Source: Mobula hypostoma (lineage: Eukaryota). From it: DNA of 64,000 nt. The notes below the pieces were generated by a model. The model did not search any database. It was given only the letters and a program-made list of their open reading frames with translations, and was not told where the DNA came from. Position 1 is the stretch's first letter. Each line of letters opens with the position of its first letter. Of this stretch, positions 24,061-37,762 are shown in pieces. The position numbers were made by a program, and so were the translations under genes. Where the stretch lies: contig NC_086109.1 in the NCBI RefSeq assembly GCF_963921235.1, positions 33,606,001-33,670,000 of the forward strand. The letters run 5' to 3'.

Positions 24061-24761
24061 GGGAGGAGAGAGGGATGGAGAAGGGGAAAGAAAGGGTTGG
24101 GGGAAGGGGTGAGGAGGAGCAGGGGGAGGGAGGATGGAGGGAGGGCTCCCTTATGAGGTCCCAGATCCCCCCTACCCCCCTACTCCCCTTCCCCCCCCAT
24201 CTCCCTATCCCCCCACCCTCCCCCTCTGGAAGGGCTACCTCACGAGGAGCCTATCTACTACCCTCCCCCTCTGGAGTTGGCCCCATTGCTCACCCCAGGC
24301 TGGGGGGTGAGCGTTGGGTTGCCATGTCTACAAGAAAATGAATCATTAGAAACAACTGGTTAACATACTTGGAAAATAAATTGACTTTGAACTTCAGCTG
24401 TGAAATGTGTTTATAAAACATGTACTGATGAGAAATGGTCTCAGTGAAGGTCAGAGAGTGGAAAACAAAATTGTATTCAGCCCCACTGAACCCCCACTGA
24501 CTCTGTCCCAGCTCCTTCACTTGACCCATCTCACTCTAAAATTTCCTTTCCGCGTAGCTGTCCGTGTCTTTTATTATCCCCCTCAATTCCATTCTGCTGC
24601 CTTCTCTCCATAACCTTTGGCCCCTTACTAATTAAATACCTATCAACTTCCATTTTAAATATATCCAATGACTCGGCTTCTGAGCCATCTCTGGCAATGG
24701 ATGCACAGATACCTCTGTCTAAAGAAATTCCTCATCTCTTCAAATGCAAGTTCTCAGTATT

Positions 24762-27700
24762 AGAAACATAGAAATCCTACAGCACAATACAGGCACGTCG
24801 GCCCATAGTGCTGTGCCGAATATGTACTTACTTTAGAAATTACCTTGGGTTACCCATAGCCCTCTATTTTTCTAAGCTCCATTTACTTATCCAAGAGTCT
24901 CTTAAAAGACCCTATCGTATCTGCCTCCACCACCGTCACCAGCACCCCATTCCAAGCACTCACCACTCTGCGTAAAAAAACTTACTCCTGACATCTCCTC
25001 TGTACCGACTTCCAAGCACCTTAAAACTGTGCCCTCTTGTGATCGCTATTTCAGCCCTGGGAAAACGCCTCTGACTATCCAAATGATCAATGCCTCTCAT
25101 CATCTTATACACCTCTATCAGGTCACCTCTCATCCTCCGTTACTCCAAAGAGAAGAGGCCAAGTTCACTCAACCTATTCTCAGAAGGCATGCCCTCCAAT
25201 CCAGGCAACATCTTTGTAAATCTCCTCTGCACTCTTTCTATAGTTACCAAATCCTTCCTGTAGTGAGGCAACCAGAACTGAACACAGTGCTCCAAGTGGG
25301 GTCTGACCAAGGTCCTATATAGCTGCAACATTACCTCTCGGCTCCTAAACTCAATCCCACAGCTAAAGGCCAATACACTGTATGGCTTCTTAAATGCACA
25401 GTCAACCTCTGCAGCAACTTTGAGTGTCCTCTGGACTCAGACCCCAAGATCCCTCTGATCCTCCACACTGCCAAGAGTCCTACCATTAATAGTGCATTCT
25501 GCCATCATATTTGACCTACTAAAATCAATCACCTCACGCTTATCTGGGTTGAACTCAATCTGCCACTTCTCAGCCCAGTTCTTCTCAGGCATCCTGTCAA
25601 TGTCCTGTTGTAACCCCTGACAGCCCTCCACACTACCCACAACACCCCTAATCTTTGTGTCATCAGCAAATTTACTAACCCATCCCTCCACTTCCTCATC
25701 CAGGTCATTTATAAACATCATGAAGAGAAAGGGTCCCAGAACAGATCCCTGAAGCACACCACTGGTCACCAACCTCCATGCAGAATATGATCTGTCTCCA
25801 ACCACTCTTTGCCTTCTGTGGGCAAGTCAATTCAGGATCCACAAAGCAAGGTCCGCTTGGATCCCATGCCTCCTTACTTTCTCAATAAGCCTGGCATTGG
25901 GTATCTTATCGAATGCCTTGCTGAAATCCATATACACTACATCTACTGCTCTACCTTCCTCAATGTGTTCAGTCACATCCTCAAAAAATTCAATCAGGCT
26001 CGTAAGGTACGACCTGCTTTTGATAAAGCCATGCTGACTATTGCTAATCATATTATGCCTTTCCAAATGTTCATAAATCCTGCCTCGCAGGATCTTCTCC
26101 ATCAACTTAGCAACTACTGAAGTAACATCTGGTCTACAGTTACCCAAAATGAAGCTCGTAAGGTACGATCTGCTTTTGATAAAGCTATGCTGACTATTGC
26201 TAATCATATTATGCCTCTCCAAATGTTCATAAATCCTGCTTCTCAGGATCTTCTCCATCAACTTACCAACCACTGAAGTAAGACTTACAGATCTATAATT
26301 TCCTGGGCTATCTCTAGTCCCTTTCTTGAATAAGGAAACAACATCTGCAACCCCCCTATCCTCCAGAACTTCTCCCGTCACCATTGATAATGCAAAGATC
26401 ATCGCCAGAGGCTCAGCAATCTCCTCCCTTGCCTCCCACTGTAGCCTGGGGTATATCTTGTCCAGTCCCAGTGACTTGTCCAACTTGATGCTTTCCAAAT
26501 GCTCCAACACATCCATTTTCTTAATGTCTATATGCTCAAGCTTTTCAGTCCGCTGTAAGTCATCCCTACAATAGCCAAGGTCCTTTTCTGTAGTGAATAA
26601 TGTAGCAATGTACCTCTGCTATCTCCTCCGGTTCCATATACACTTTTCGTCTGTCACATTGTTTGGTCCTAATCTCTCATGTCTTATCCTCTTGCTCTTT
26701 GCATTCTTATAGAACGCCTTGGGGTTGTCCTTAATTCTGCTCACCAAGGCCTTCTCATGGCCTCTTTTGGCCCTCCTAAATTCATTAAGGATTATGAGGA
26801 CTGCAGTCCTCTTTTATTGTCATTTAGTAATGCACGCATTAAGAAATGATTCAATGTTTTTCCAGAATGATATCACAGAAACACATGACAAACCGACTTA
26901 AAAACTGACAAAAACCACATAATTATAACATATAGTTACAACAGTGCAAAGCAATACCGTAATTTGATAAGAACAGACCATGGGCACGGTAAAAGTCTCA
27001 AACTCTCTCAAAAGTCCCATCATCTCGGGAGGGGGGAGAAGATGGTGGCGCGATGATAGCGCGCGCGGCCACTTTGGTGATGAATATCTGTTATCTGTCA
27101 AGTAGGGGACCATGCACAATTCTGATTTGATGGAGACAGGCGTGAGAGCACAGCGGAACATCTGGAAAACTTTTGAAATGCCCGCTTCGCTGCCACTGCT
27201 ACTGTGTGGTAACCAGAATCTCTGGAGCTGAAGGCCCTGAAATCCTCGGCTTTGTGTGCTTCAGTGGCCGGGGTGAGGTCGAAGGCGCTCGGCAGAGGAT
27301 CGCGCTCAGGAGGCTGTATCGGAGAGGCTGGTCAGAAACTCCGGAGAAACTTTGTATCATTTCTTAATGCATTTATGCATTTCTAAATGACAATAAAAGA
27401 GGACTGAGTTTTCTCATAATCTAATCTCATGCAGACGGTGAACTCCAGTACCACAAACTTGCCGATGCAGCATCCTGGAAGCATCCGACCACAGTCCGTC
27501 TCCGAGCCCATCCGAAAACTCCAAGCCTTCGATCAGCTCTTCAACACTGAGCAACATCTCTGCCAAGCGCTTCAACCCTGGCCCCGGCAACAGGCAGTAG
27601 GCAAAGCCGAGGATTTTGGGCCTTCCCCTCTAGAGATTCTCGATCGTACAGTAGTAGCGGCAGCGAAGCAGGCATTTCAGAAGTTTCTCCAGGTGTTCCT

Positions 27701-28060
27701 CCGCGCTTCTCGCGGCTGTCTCCATCAAATCAAGATTGTGCACGGCCCCCTAGTTAACACATATCGATATCAATTCGGAACGGCTGCATGTGCTGCGTCG
27801 CGCCACCATCTTCTCCATCTTCTCATTCTTAAGCTCCTTCCTGCTAGCCTAATAATTTTCTAGATTTCCATCATTACCTAGTTTTTTGAACCTTTTGTAA
27901 GCTTTTCTTTTCTTCTTGACTAGATTTTCTACAGCCTTTGTACACCATGGTTCCTGTACCCGACCTCCTTTCCCTGTCTCATTGGAACGTACCTATGCAG
28001 AACTCCACACAAATATCCCCTGAACATATGCCACATTTCTGCCATAAATTTCCCTGAGAA
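24762..28060 (-). mobile_element. CR1 LINE (linker, RT, 3' tail) with an internal ~130-bp duplication and nested inserts
   Basis: [39 protein letters not shown]. The LMEKIL...YLTS segment is repeated. Confidence 0.9.
26787..27822. mobile_element. Non-autonomous retroposon (minus strand) with a same-family copy (27026-27427, plus strand) nested in opposite orientation
   Basis: Both start GAAGATGGTGGCGCG and share the tail ATGACAATAAAAGAGGACTG. TSD-like TCATT (outer) and ATCTC (inner). Confidence 0.75.
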
Positions 28061-28947
28061 CATTAGACATTTTGACTCTGGAGCAAAATGTTACCAGTTA
28101 TCTACTCCATCTAGGACTCTCGTAATCCTATCAAGCTCTATTAAGTCTCTCCTCAGCCCTTGTTACTCCAAAGAAAACAATTCAGCTTTGTTCAACCTCT
28201 CCTTATACTTCTGCACTCTCTCCGTACTCCAGTGGAGTAAAGGGAATGGCAGAAGCATCAGAAAGGAGCTGGCCAAAGTAGATTGGAAGGGGATACTAGC
28301 AGGGATGACAGCACACCAGTAATGGCTGGAGTTTCTGGGGGCAATTCAGAAGGCACAGGATAGAAAAATCCCAAAGATAATGAAGTATTCCAAAGGGAGG
28401 ATAACACAACTGGTAAGGGAAGTCAAAGACAGCATAAAAATGAAAGGGAGGTGAAGGATTGGGAAGCTTTACAAACCAACTATAAAGCAATAAGAGAAAA
28501 GACGAAATATGAAGGTGAAGTAGCCAATGACATAAAAGTGGATGCCAGAAGTGTTTTCAGAGATGAAAAGAGTAAACTTGAGGCAAGAGTGGGCATTGGA
28601 AGTGCTGGAAAATGACATTAGAGAGGTAGTAATGGGAAAAAAGGAATGGTGAACAAACTGAATTCTGTCACTATACACTTAAGGGAGGGAGGTAAAAGAT
28701 GGGACATAATAAGTCAGTTAGCCTTCCTCAATGGCTGACAAGATGTTAGAGTGTGAGCTGTGGGGTACTTGGGGGCACATAGTAAAATAGCCCATCAGCA
28801 TGATTTACTTAAGGGGAAATCATGCCTGACAAATCTGTTGGAATTCTTTGAGGAACGAACAAGCAGGATAGACAAAAGAGATGTTGTCCACTTGGATTAT
28901 CATGAGACTACTGAACAAGGTAAGAGCCCATAATACTACAGGAAATA

Positions 28948-30435
28948 CAGTGCCTATAAACGGTATTCACCCACCCTTGGAAATTGTCATGTTTTACTGT
29001 TTAACAACATTGAACCATAGTGTATTTAATTTGTATTTTTTGACACTGATTAATAGAAAAAAAACATTGTGTCAAAGTGAAAACAGATCTCTACAAAGTA
29101 ATCTAAATTAATTGCAAATATAAAATACAAAATAATTGATTGCATAAGTATTCACCCCCTTTTAATATGACACACCAAATCATCCCTGGTGCAGCTAATT
29201 GATTTTAGAAGTTAGAATTAGTTAAATAGAGATCTGCTTTTGGCGACCTGTTTGCAGTCAAAGTGTCTCAACTGGTTGTAGTAAAACTACACTGTATATG
29301 GAAGGTCCAACAGCTGGTGAGTCAGTATCCTGGCAAAAACTACACCATGAAGACAAAAGAACACTCCAAGCAACTCCACGAAAAGGATATTGAAAAGAAC
29401 AAGTCAGAGAGATACAAAAATATTTCCAAATCACTGAATATCCCTTGGAGTACAGTTAAGTTAATCACCTAGAACTGGAAAGAATATGGCACAGCTGTAA
29501 ATCTGTCTAGAGCAGGCCATCCTCAAAAACTGACCGTGCAAGGAGGGGACTAATGAGGGAGGCCAACAGAGTTACAAGCTTCAGTGGCTGAGATGGGAGA
29601 GACTGTGCATACAACAACTGTTGCCCAGGTGCTTCACCAATTGCAGCTTTATGGTAGAGTGGCAAAGAGAAAGCCACTGTTGAAAAAAAAACTCACACAA
29701 ATTCTCAGCTAAAGTTTTCAAGAAGGCATGTAGGAGACTCTGAAGTCAGCTGGATGAAGGTTCTATGATCTGAAGAAACCAAAACTGAGCTTTTTGGAGA
29801 TCAGGCTAAACACTATGTTTGGTGTAAGCAAAACACCGCACATCATCAAAAACACACCATCCCTACCATGAAGCATGGTGGTGGCTGCATCATGCTCTGG
29901 GGATGCTTCTCTGCAACTTGGGAGAAGATTTGCTTTCCAGCAAGACAATGACCCTAAGCATCAAGCCAAAGCTACACAGGAGTGGCTTAAAAACAACAAA
30001 GTTAATGTCCTGGAGTGGCCAAGTCAGAGCCCAGACCTCAATCCAACTGAGAATTTGCGGCTGGTCTTGAAAAGGGTGTTCACTCATGATCCCCATGCAA
30101 TCTGACAGAGCTTGAGCAGTTTTGTAATGAAGAATGGGGAAAATTGCAGTGTCCTGATGTGGAAAGCGCGTAGCGACCTATGCACACAGACTCAAGGCTG
30201 TAATTGGTGCCAGAAGTGCACCTACTAAATAGTGACTTGAAGGGGGTGAACACTTAAGCAATCAATTATGTTGTGTTTTACATTTGTAATTAATTTAAAT
30301 CACTTTGTAGAGATGTTTTCACTTTGACATAGAAGAGTCTTCTTCTGTTGCTTAGTGTCAAAAAAGCCAAATTAAATCCACTGTGATTCATGTTGTAAAC
30401 TTCCAAGGGGGGCTGAATATTTTTTATAGGCACTG
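28948..30435 (+). mobile_element. Tc1-like transposon, decayed transposase
   Basis: TA|CAGTGCCTATAAA...TTTATAGGCACTG TIRs. [38 protein letters not shown] and [14 protein letters not shown]. Confidence 0.93.
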
Positions 30436-30469
30436 TGCCTTCCCTATGCTTACCTGCATAGACTGTCTA

Positions 30470-32920
30470 AATAAAAAAAACTCTGAGAAAATTATATAAC
30501 CTTCCTCTTGCTCATAATTTCCATAATTTAATCAAAGGACCCTCCCTCCATAATGTATCATATGCTTTTTCTTTTTCAAAAAATATTGCTATTACAACTT
30601 CTTTATTTACTTGTGTTTTCCTAATATCATCTTCCAAACATAAAACTGAATCCACTGTCATTCTACCCTTCTGAAATCCACTCTGATAAAATGCTATATC
30701 TCCTCTTAGTTCTGAAAATATAATTCAACTGCTCTATTACCATGCTTTCCATATGTTTACACAAATGGGACTTTAGTGACATTTGTCTATAACTGGAAGG
30801 ATTTGACGGGGGTTTTCCAGGTTTTAGAATAGGCACTGCTACCGCCATTTTCCACAAGGAGGGAACATGGCCTAAACTCCCAATATGATTCAAAAATTTT
30901 AATATTATCTCAAGAGATTGTTGACCATATGTTTAAACCAACAATAACATATTTCATCCTTTCCTGGAGCCGTCTGACCTGTAATATTTAGCCTCTTCAC
31001 TTAAATTATCTCGATTATGAATTGCAGCAAATGACCGAGCTAGTAACTCAACCTTCTTTATTTCAGTAACAGTTGTATTACCTTCTTCAATCAACACTTG
31101 AGTGTTATTGGCCTGATGAATCACACCCCCTCCCATTTTTTAATCATTTCCGAAGCATCTCCAAGATTAATATCCCTTCCAATGCTATCACAATATGACT
31201 TCCAGTAAACCTTTATCGCAATCTTCACTACTTTCCTCACCACAGCCCATGCCCTTTCATACTTAATGAGGTCACTCGGAGAATGATAATTCTTAACTTT
31301 CCTAAACACCTTATTTCTCTCCCTAATTGCCTCTGCAACACTCCTCAGTCCACCATGGTACAGTCTTTCTCCTATTAATGGCCATTTAAATAGGAATCAC
31401 TCCACCGCAGTTTGACGAGATAACCTTTCATTGCAACATCATTCTCAACATTCAGCCTACACATCACATAAAACCTTAAACTTGTCCCAATTTGCTTTAC
31501 CAAAATTCCACCTCCTAAAAGTGGCCTCCTGTCCCCTATATAAATCCAGACCCAGGCTTGTAAATATAGGAGAATGATCACTCCCCTATGTTTCATCTCC
31601 CATGAATCCCACTCACTCACTCCAACCAGAATGTTTGAGACTAAAGTTAAATCTATAGCGGTTTCAGAACTATTACGACATTACGTCTTGTGCCCCTGTC
31701 ATCAATAATGCACACACGATGTGAAACATCTAAAAATTCTCCTACGATCAAACCATTGCCATCATTCTGTGAACAACCCATAGTGAACTATGTGCGTTGA
31801 AATCCCCACACTATACGACCCTTAGTGAGCTAGAGCTACATATACTTTCCAACAAATCAATCGAAAGCTTTCCACAAGGCTTGTAAAAATTGACCACTTT
31901 AATGCCCCTACCTGTTGAATCAAATACTTCAAGTACAAGCACCCAATATACCTCATTTACATCCACAATATGTCCTATCCCTTGCCTTATAAAACTTGCA
32001 ACACCACCCCTTCCACCAACTAATCTATCACGCTTAATTACAATATAATCCTGCAAGAGAAAACTTAAATATGGTAACAACCGGGTTTCCTCAATACATA
32101 TAACATCAGCTGGATTTGATAAATCGGAAATAAACTTCTTGAAGTCTTGACCATTCAAGATCAGGATGTTCGCATTCTACTACAATGTTCTTGTACCTTC
32201 ACAAGGAGACTGAAATTCAGATACCCCACCCATCAGAGCTTCATTTACAGCTTCCCACAGAACACCAGTTATACCCCGGTACCTCTCCGCAGCTTACGCA
32301 ATGATTTTATTTTTCTCAGCACGACTGGATGTCTGAACATAATATCCATTATGAACATCACAAACTTCATTCTATCAGCTAGTGAAGTATCACTAGTAAG
32401 AGAAGTATGGTGCTGACATATACCCTCTGACTTCACATTCTGTTCTCTGACTAGTAGTACTCTATCAACATTCAGTTTAACCTTTTGCAAGGCCTCCACA
32501 TAAAACTCACCTAACTGTACTTTAACCTGGTGAACTTCAGTTGTCTTCTTAAGCACTTCACATCCTCTGCACTATTGTCTCCTCTGCAATTACAACGTTT
32601 AAACTTCACGCCTTCACAATCTTCATACTCATGTTCCCCATCACACTTAGATTCCCACAACATACTGCTGCAACATACCCAAACCTCTGAAATTTGTAAC
32701 ATCTAAGTGGAGGTGAATATACACTCATACATTATAACTAACATATCCCAGGGAGCTTATCAGGGAGTTTATCAGGGAGCTTCACTTCATCAAAACATAT
32801 TGATATAGATAAACTTTCCATCCTTTCCCCATTTTGGACTATTTGGGATCTCCTTACCTCCTTAACTTTGCCTCCCAATAAATGAGATTTAAACTTCTTC
32901 TATCGAAATTTCCACAGGAA
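30470..32920 (-). mobile_element. I/Nimb-clade LINE remnant (ORF1 zinc knuckles, EN, start of RT)
   Basis: DVICIEETRL (APE domain). WKMAVAVPILKPGKPPSNPSSYR.MSL.S.LCK.ME.MV. CCHC remnants at 32511-32720. Confidence 0.8.
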
Positions 32921-33570
32921 CACCACAGGTCTCCAGGTAACCAGAGATTAAACCCTGTGGTGATGCTGCATCTCATTGTGATGTGCCCCAATCGTGTCAC
33001 AGTGGCCTTGTGATGTCAGGGCTTGACACCTCCCTGAGTGGTCACATCTCAACATTTCTGTATTTAGTAAAAGCTCTGTTCATTGGCTGGGTTTCAGTGA
33101 CGTGATGAGGGTGAAAGGAATAACTGGTTTTCATGATGACCCTGAGTCTGTGACCTTGAGAATAGAAGAGGAAGGTCTGTTCACTTTCCCTGCCCCTTGT
33201 CTGGGTACAGGGAGATTCAATGTTAAAATTGTGCTTGAAAACAAAAACTGACTGATGCATTTGCAGACCTTGTCCCTTCCAAGGGTACTGCCGGTAAATA
33301 GTGTCCCATCTGTGAGTTTCACATTCCTGGGCACTCTGGGGAATGCTGTCACTCTTGGATGAATAAAACATATGAATCAGCCTCCATTATTCCAACAGAC
33401 ATTTACTGCCAGACCTTAAATAATTGAAGTGTAAGAATATTTTTCCCTTCATCACTCCTAGTTTATTTACCAAATGCTTTCATTCTACAAGAGCACAAAC
33501 AAAATGCTGTAGGCATTCAGCAGGTCCAGCAGCATTTATGGAGAGGAATAAACTTGATATTTCATGCCGA
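32920..33570 (-). promoter_or_regulatory. Duplicated non-coding block, possible promoter (copy 2)
   Basis: Inverted paralog of 10430-11030. Confidence 0.35.
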
Positions 33571-35149
33571 GACCCTTCATTCCATATTCCCCTGTTCCTG
33601 ACCCCACTGCTTTGGCTCTGATATTGGCAGTGTGCACCATCGCACTTGCATCACTGAAGGACATCTTGGACAAGCCCCTCATTCAGGACTTCCAGTGGGC
33701 ACAGGTATGTGACGCCTCAGGGGCTGCGCCTAGAGAGGGGGACCCTGTCACAATCACGGATTCGGCAGCGCATCAGATTCGGCAATTGTGCTCGTGAATA
33801 TGCACGTCAGATAATTATTTCATTATGATAGTATTTAACTCCATTCATTTCATCATAGTATTTGTGGAGACTTGGACATAGCTACTCTTTGATATCTGCA
33901 TTCCATCTTGCCTGAGAAATTGGACTGTTGAGTCAACTGATTCTGAAGACTAGCGGTATTCATTTTATTCTTAGATGTTCTTTAGAGCCGCAGTGCAGTG
34001 TAGGATTCATTTTCCTTTTGAGTGTTTTAGCCAGTGGCCCTGTTTGGCCTAACGATTTTGTTTTCTTTTTCCCTTTAACATTATTCACATTAAAGTCTGT
34101 GAAATATCGACCCACTTCAGTGTCTCTCACTCCGCACTTAGACCATGTCTGAACCACGGTGACAGCTGAGTACCAGAGAGGATGTTTATGACCTGGAGTG
34201 CATGGTAATGTGCGGTGGCCTCACAGTAGTTTATAAATCATGTGGGATGTGGATAAGGTGGACGGTTATAGTCTCATCTATGTTTGTCTGCAGACTGCAG
34301 GGAACTGCATCATCAACGTGCAGGACATGTTACTGAGGAATTGGGCTATAGATGTGATTTTTTGTGCAACTGTGCATTTGCTGGCTATCTTGGATTTGCT
34401 GTCTTGTGCACCTTGGCCCCACTGATTCTTGAAGTACCATTCCTAATACCTCCACAATCTCTTCAGCAACCATTTTCAAAATCTTGAGGTGTAGACCAAA
34501 TTGTCCAAGTGACTTATCTACTTTAAGTCCTTTCAGTTTCCCAGCAGGCACCTTCTCCTGAGCATTGGCAACTTCACGCACTTTAGCCTGTGACAGACTT
34601 GAATTTGCGGCACACTGCTAGTGTCTTCGACAGTGACAACTGATGCAAAGTACTTACTCAGTTCGTCCACGATTTTCTTGTTCTCCATTACTACCTCTCC
34701 AGTGTTCTGATTCACCTCTCTTTTTACTGTTTATCTATCTGAAGAAACATTTCGTATCCTCTTCAATATTATTGGTTAGCTTACCTTCAAATTCCACCTT
34801 TTACTTCTTTATGACATTTTTAGTTGCCTTGTTTTGGTTTTTAAAAGCTCCCCAATCCTCTATTTCCTATCAATTTTAGCTCTTTAATTGACTTTTATAT
34901 TGGTTTTGACTTCTCTTGTCAACCACAGTTGGGTCATCCTGCCTTTAAAATACTTATGTAAGGCAGGGGTTGATATGTTCTTGTTTAATCAGGGTGTCAA
35001 AGGTTACCAGGAGAAGGCAGCAATGTGGATGAGAGGAATGATAAGTCAGCCATGGTAGAACGGCAGAGATTCTTGATGGGCCAAATGGCCTAATTGCGGC
35101 TCCTCTGTCACATGGTCTTATGGTCCTACAGACACCACTCCATTCAGAT

Positions 35150-35735
35150 AGTACTGCTCGATGTGAATGACATCTATCGCATCCAATTCTTTGATGGCTT
35201 TTACAATGTAACCTTCAAGTAAACAGCAGGATGGTAGAAATTCCCAAAGGATTTCCAAAGGGGGGAATGAAGCATTACTGTTGCTGCTAAAGGTATCCCT
35301 ACTTTTCTCCCTCCCTACTCAGAAGGAGCATGTGATCACAGTGCACCTGTTCGACCTACAACGTGCCCATTGTGGACGTATTCACCTTCCTTGCCTGTTA
35401 CAGCGAGGGTACTGGAAACTGTATGGACATTAAGGATATGTTCAGGATCTGGACAAACAAGCACCAGGTCAAGGTCAGACTGAGAGCGGATTCAAATAGC
35501 TCCATCATCCACTCTCCATCAGTCTTCACCATCGGAGTGAACCATGGTTACATGGTGTATGCTGATCAACCCGGGCTATTCCGTAACTGTAACAAGTCAG
35601 GACATGTCACAGCCCAATGCAGTGAAGTGATCTGCAAAAACTGCAAGCAGGAAGGCCATCAGACAAAGGACTGCCAGGAGAGCAAATGCTACAAACTTTG
35701 GACAGGTAGGTCACCTCTATAAAGCTTGCCCAAAG
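35150..35735 (+). mobile_element. Tx1-like LINE ORF1 fragment (CCHC knuckles, ZCCHC3-like)
   Basis: RIWTNKHQVKVRL...YADQP..RNCNKSGHVTAQC...CKNCKQEGHQTKDC. Confidence 0.75.
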
Positions 35736-36112
35736 GGGCAGTTCATTCATGATCCCCATGTAATCTGACAGAGATTGAACAATCTGGTAGAGAAGAATGG
35801 GGAAAAATGGCAGTGCTCAGATGAGCAAAGTTGATAGAGACCTATCCACACAGACTCAAGGCTGTAATTGCTGCCAAATATGCAGCTCCTAAATACTGCC
35901 TTAAAGGGAGTGAATACTTATGCGATCAATTATTTCTTGTTTTATATTAGTAATTGATTTAGATCACTTTGTAGAGGTCTGATTTCACTTTGACATGATT
36001 CTTTTTCTGTTGATCAGTGTCAAAAAGCCAAATTAAATCCATTGTGATTCAATGTTGTAAAACAATAAAACACGAAAACTGCCGAGGAGTTGAATACTTT
36101 TTATAGGCACAT
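35735..36112 (+). mobile_element. Second Tc1 right end
   Basis: Homologous to ~30072-30435 and ends TTTTTATAGGCAC. Confidence 0.88.
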
Positions 36113-37361
36113 TATATTAGCATGGATAGATATTGACTCACTGGCAGGAGGCAACGAGTGGGAATAAAAGGGGCCTTTTCTGGGTGGCTGCCAGCAACTT
36201 GTGGTGTTTATGCAGGGGTTGGTGTTGGGTCTGCTGCTTTTCACACTATATGGACGATGGAATTGATGGCTTTGTGGCCAAGTCTGCAGATGATACAAAG
36301 ACAGGTGCAGGGACAGGTAGTGTTAAGGAAACATGGAATCTGCAGAAGGAGAATAGGCAAAGATGTGGCAGATGGAATACAGTATAGGGAAGTCACACAA
36401 TTTGGTGCACAGAATAAAAGGCTTAGACAATTTTTGAAACAAGGAATCTAAGAGTAGAGAGATGTCCATTCAGAACAGAGATGAGAGGGAATTTCTTTAG
36501 CCAGGGAGTGGTGAATTTCTGGAATAAAAGGCTTAGATTATTCTCTAAACAAGGAGAAAGCTCAAAAAATCAGAGGTGTAAAGGAAAATACTAAGTTAAG
36601 TTAGCCAATAATATTATAGAGGATACAAAAAGTCTCTTCTGATGTACAGTATAGAGTGTAAATAGACATGAGGGTAGATGTTGGACTGTTGGGAAATGAT
36701 GCCTGAGAGGTAGTAATGAGCGAAAAGAAATGGCAGATGAACTGGAGAAGTATTTTCCATCAGTATTCACTGCATGACACGAGCAGTATGCCAGAAGTTC
36801 AAGAATGTCAGGGGGCAGAAGGGAGTGAAGTTGCCATTACTATTAAGAAATTTCTTAGGAAGCTTAAAAGCCTGAAAGTGGATTAGCCACCTGAACCAAC
36901 AGGGTTTTGAAAGAGATGGCTATAGAGATTATGGAGGAACTGGTAACGATCTTTCAATAATCAATTGATTCTGGCATGGTTCCGGAGGAATAGAAAATTA
37001 CAAATGTCACTCCACTCTTCACAAGGGAGAGAGACAGAAGAAAAGAAATTATAGACCAGTTAGTCCGACTTCAGTGCTTGGGAAGATTTTGGCGTCGATT
37101 GCTAAGGATGTGGTTTGGTGGTACTTGGAGGCAGGTGATAAAGAAGGCAGAAGTCATCATGGTTTCCTTAGGGAAAAACTTCCCTGACAAATCCGTCAGA
37201 ATTCTTTGAAAAAGTAACATGCAGGAGAGAAAAAGGAAAATTGTTAGGTGTTATGTACTTGGATTTTCAGAAGGAGATCCTTTCGCACATTAACCTTCAT
37301 AAATCAGAGCACTGAGAACAGGAGTTGTGATGTTATGGAAGTTCTAACAGATGTTAGTGAA

Positions 37362-37762
37362 TTTATACTTTATACTTTATTGTCGCCAAATAATTGAACG
37401 TACAATCATCACAGTGATATTTGATTCTGCGCTTCCCGCTCCCTGGATTACAAATCGATAGTAAATATTAAAAATTGAAATTATAAATCATAAATAGAAA
37501 ATAGAAAAATGGAAAGTAAGGTAGTGCAAAAAAACCGAGAGGCCGGTCTGGATATTTGGAGGGTACGGCCCAGATCTGGGTCAGGATCTGTTCAGCAGTC
37601 TTATCACAGTTGGAAAGAAGCTGTTCCCAAATCTGGCCGTACAAGTCTTCAAGCTGCTGAGCCTTCTCCCGGAGGGAAGAGGGACGAAAAGTGTGTTGGC
37701 TGGGTGGGTCGTGTCCTTGATTATCCTGGCAGCACTGCTCCGACAGCATGCGGTGTAAAGTG
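37362..37762 (-). mobile_element. L2/Rex-type LINE 3' end
   Basis: AARIIKDTTHPANTLFVPLPSGRR...RFGNSFFPTVIRLLN with a (TAAAGTA)n tail. Confidence 0.8.

Noticed and set aside
33590..33715. Possible exon ending in CAG|GTATGT
   Set aside because: No clear acceptor and no recognisable protein similarity.
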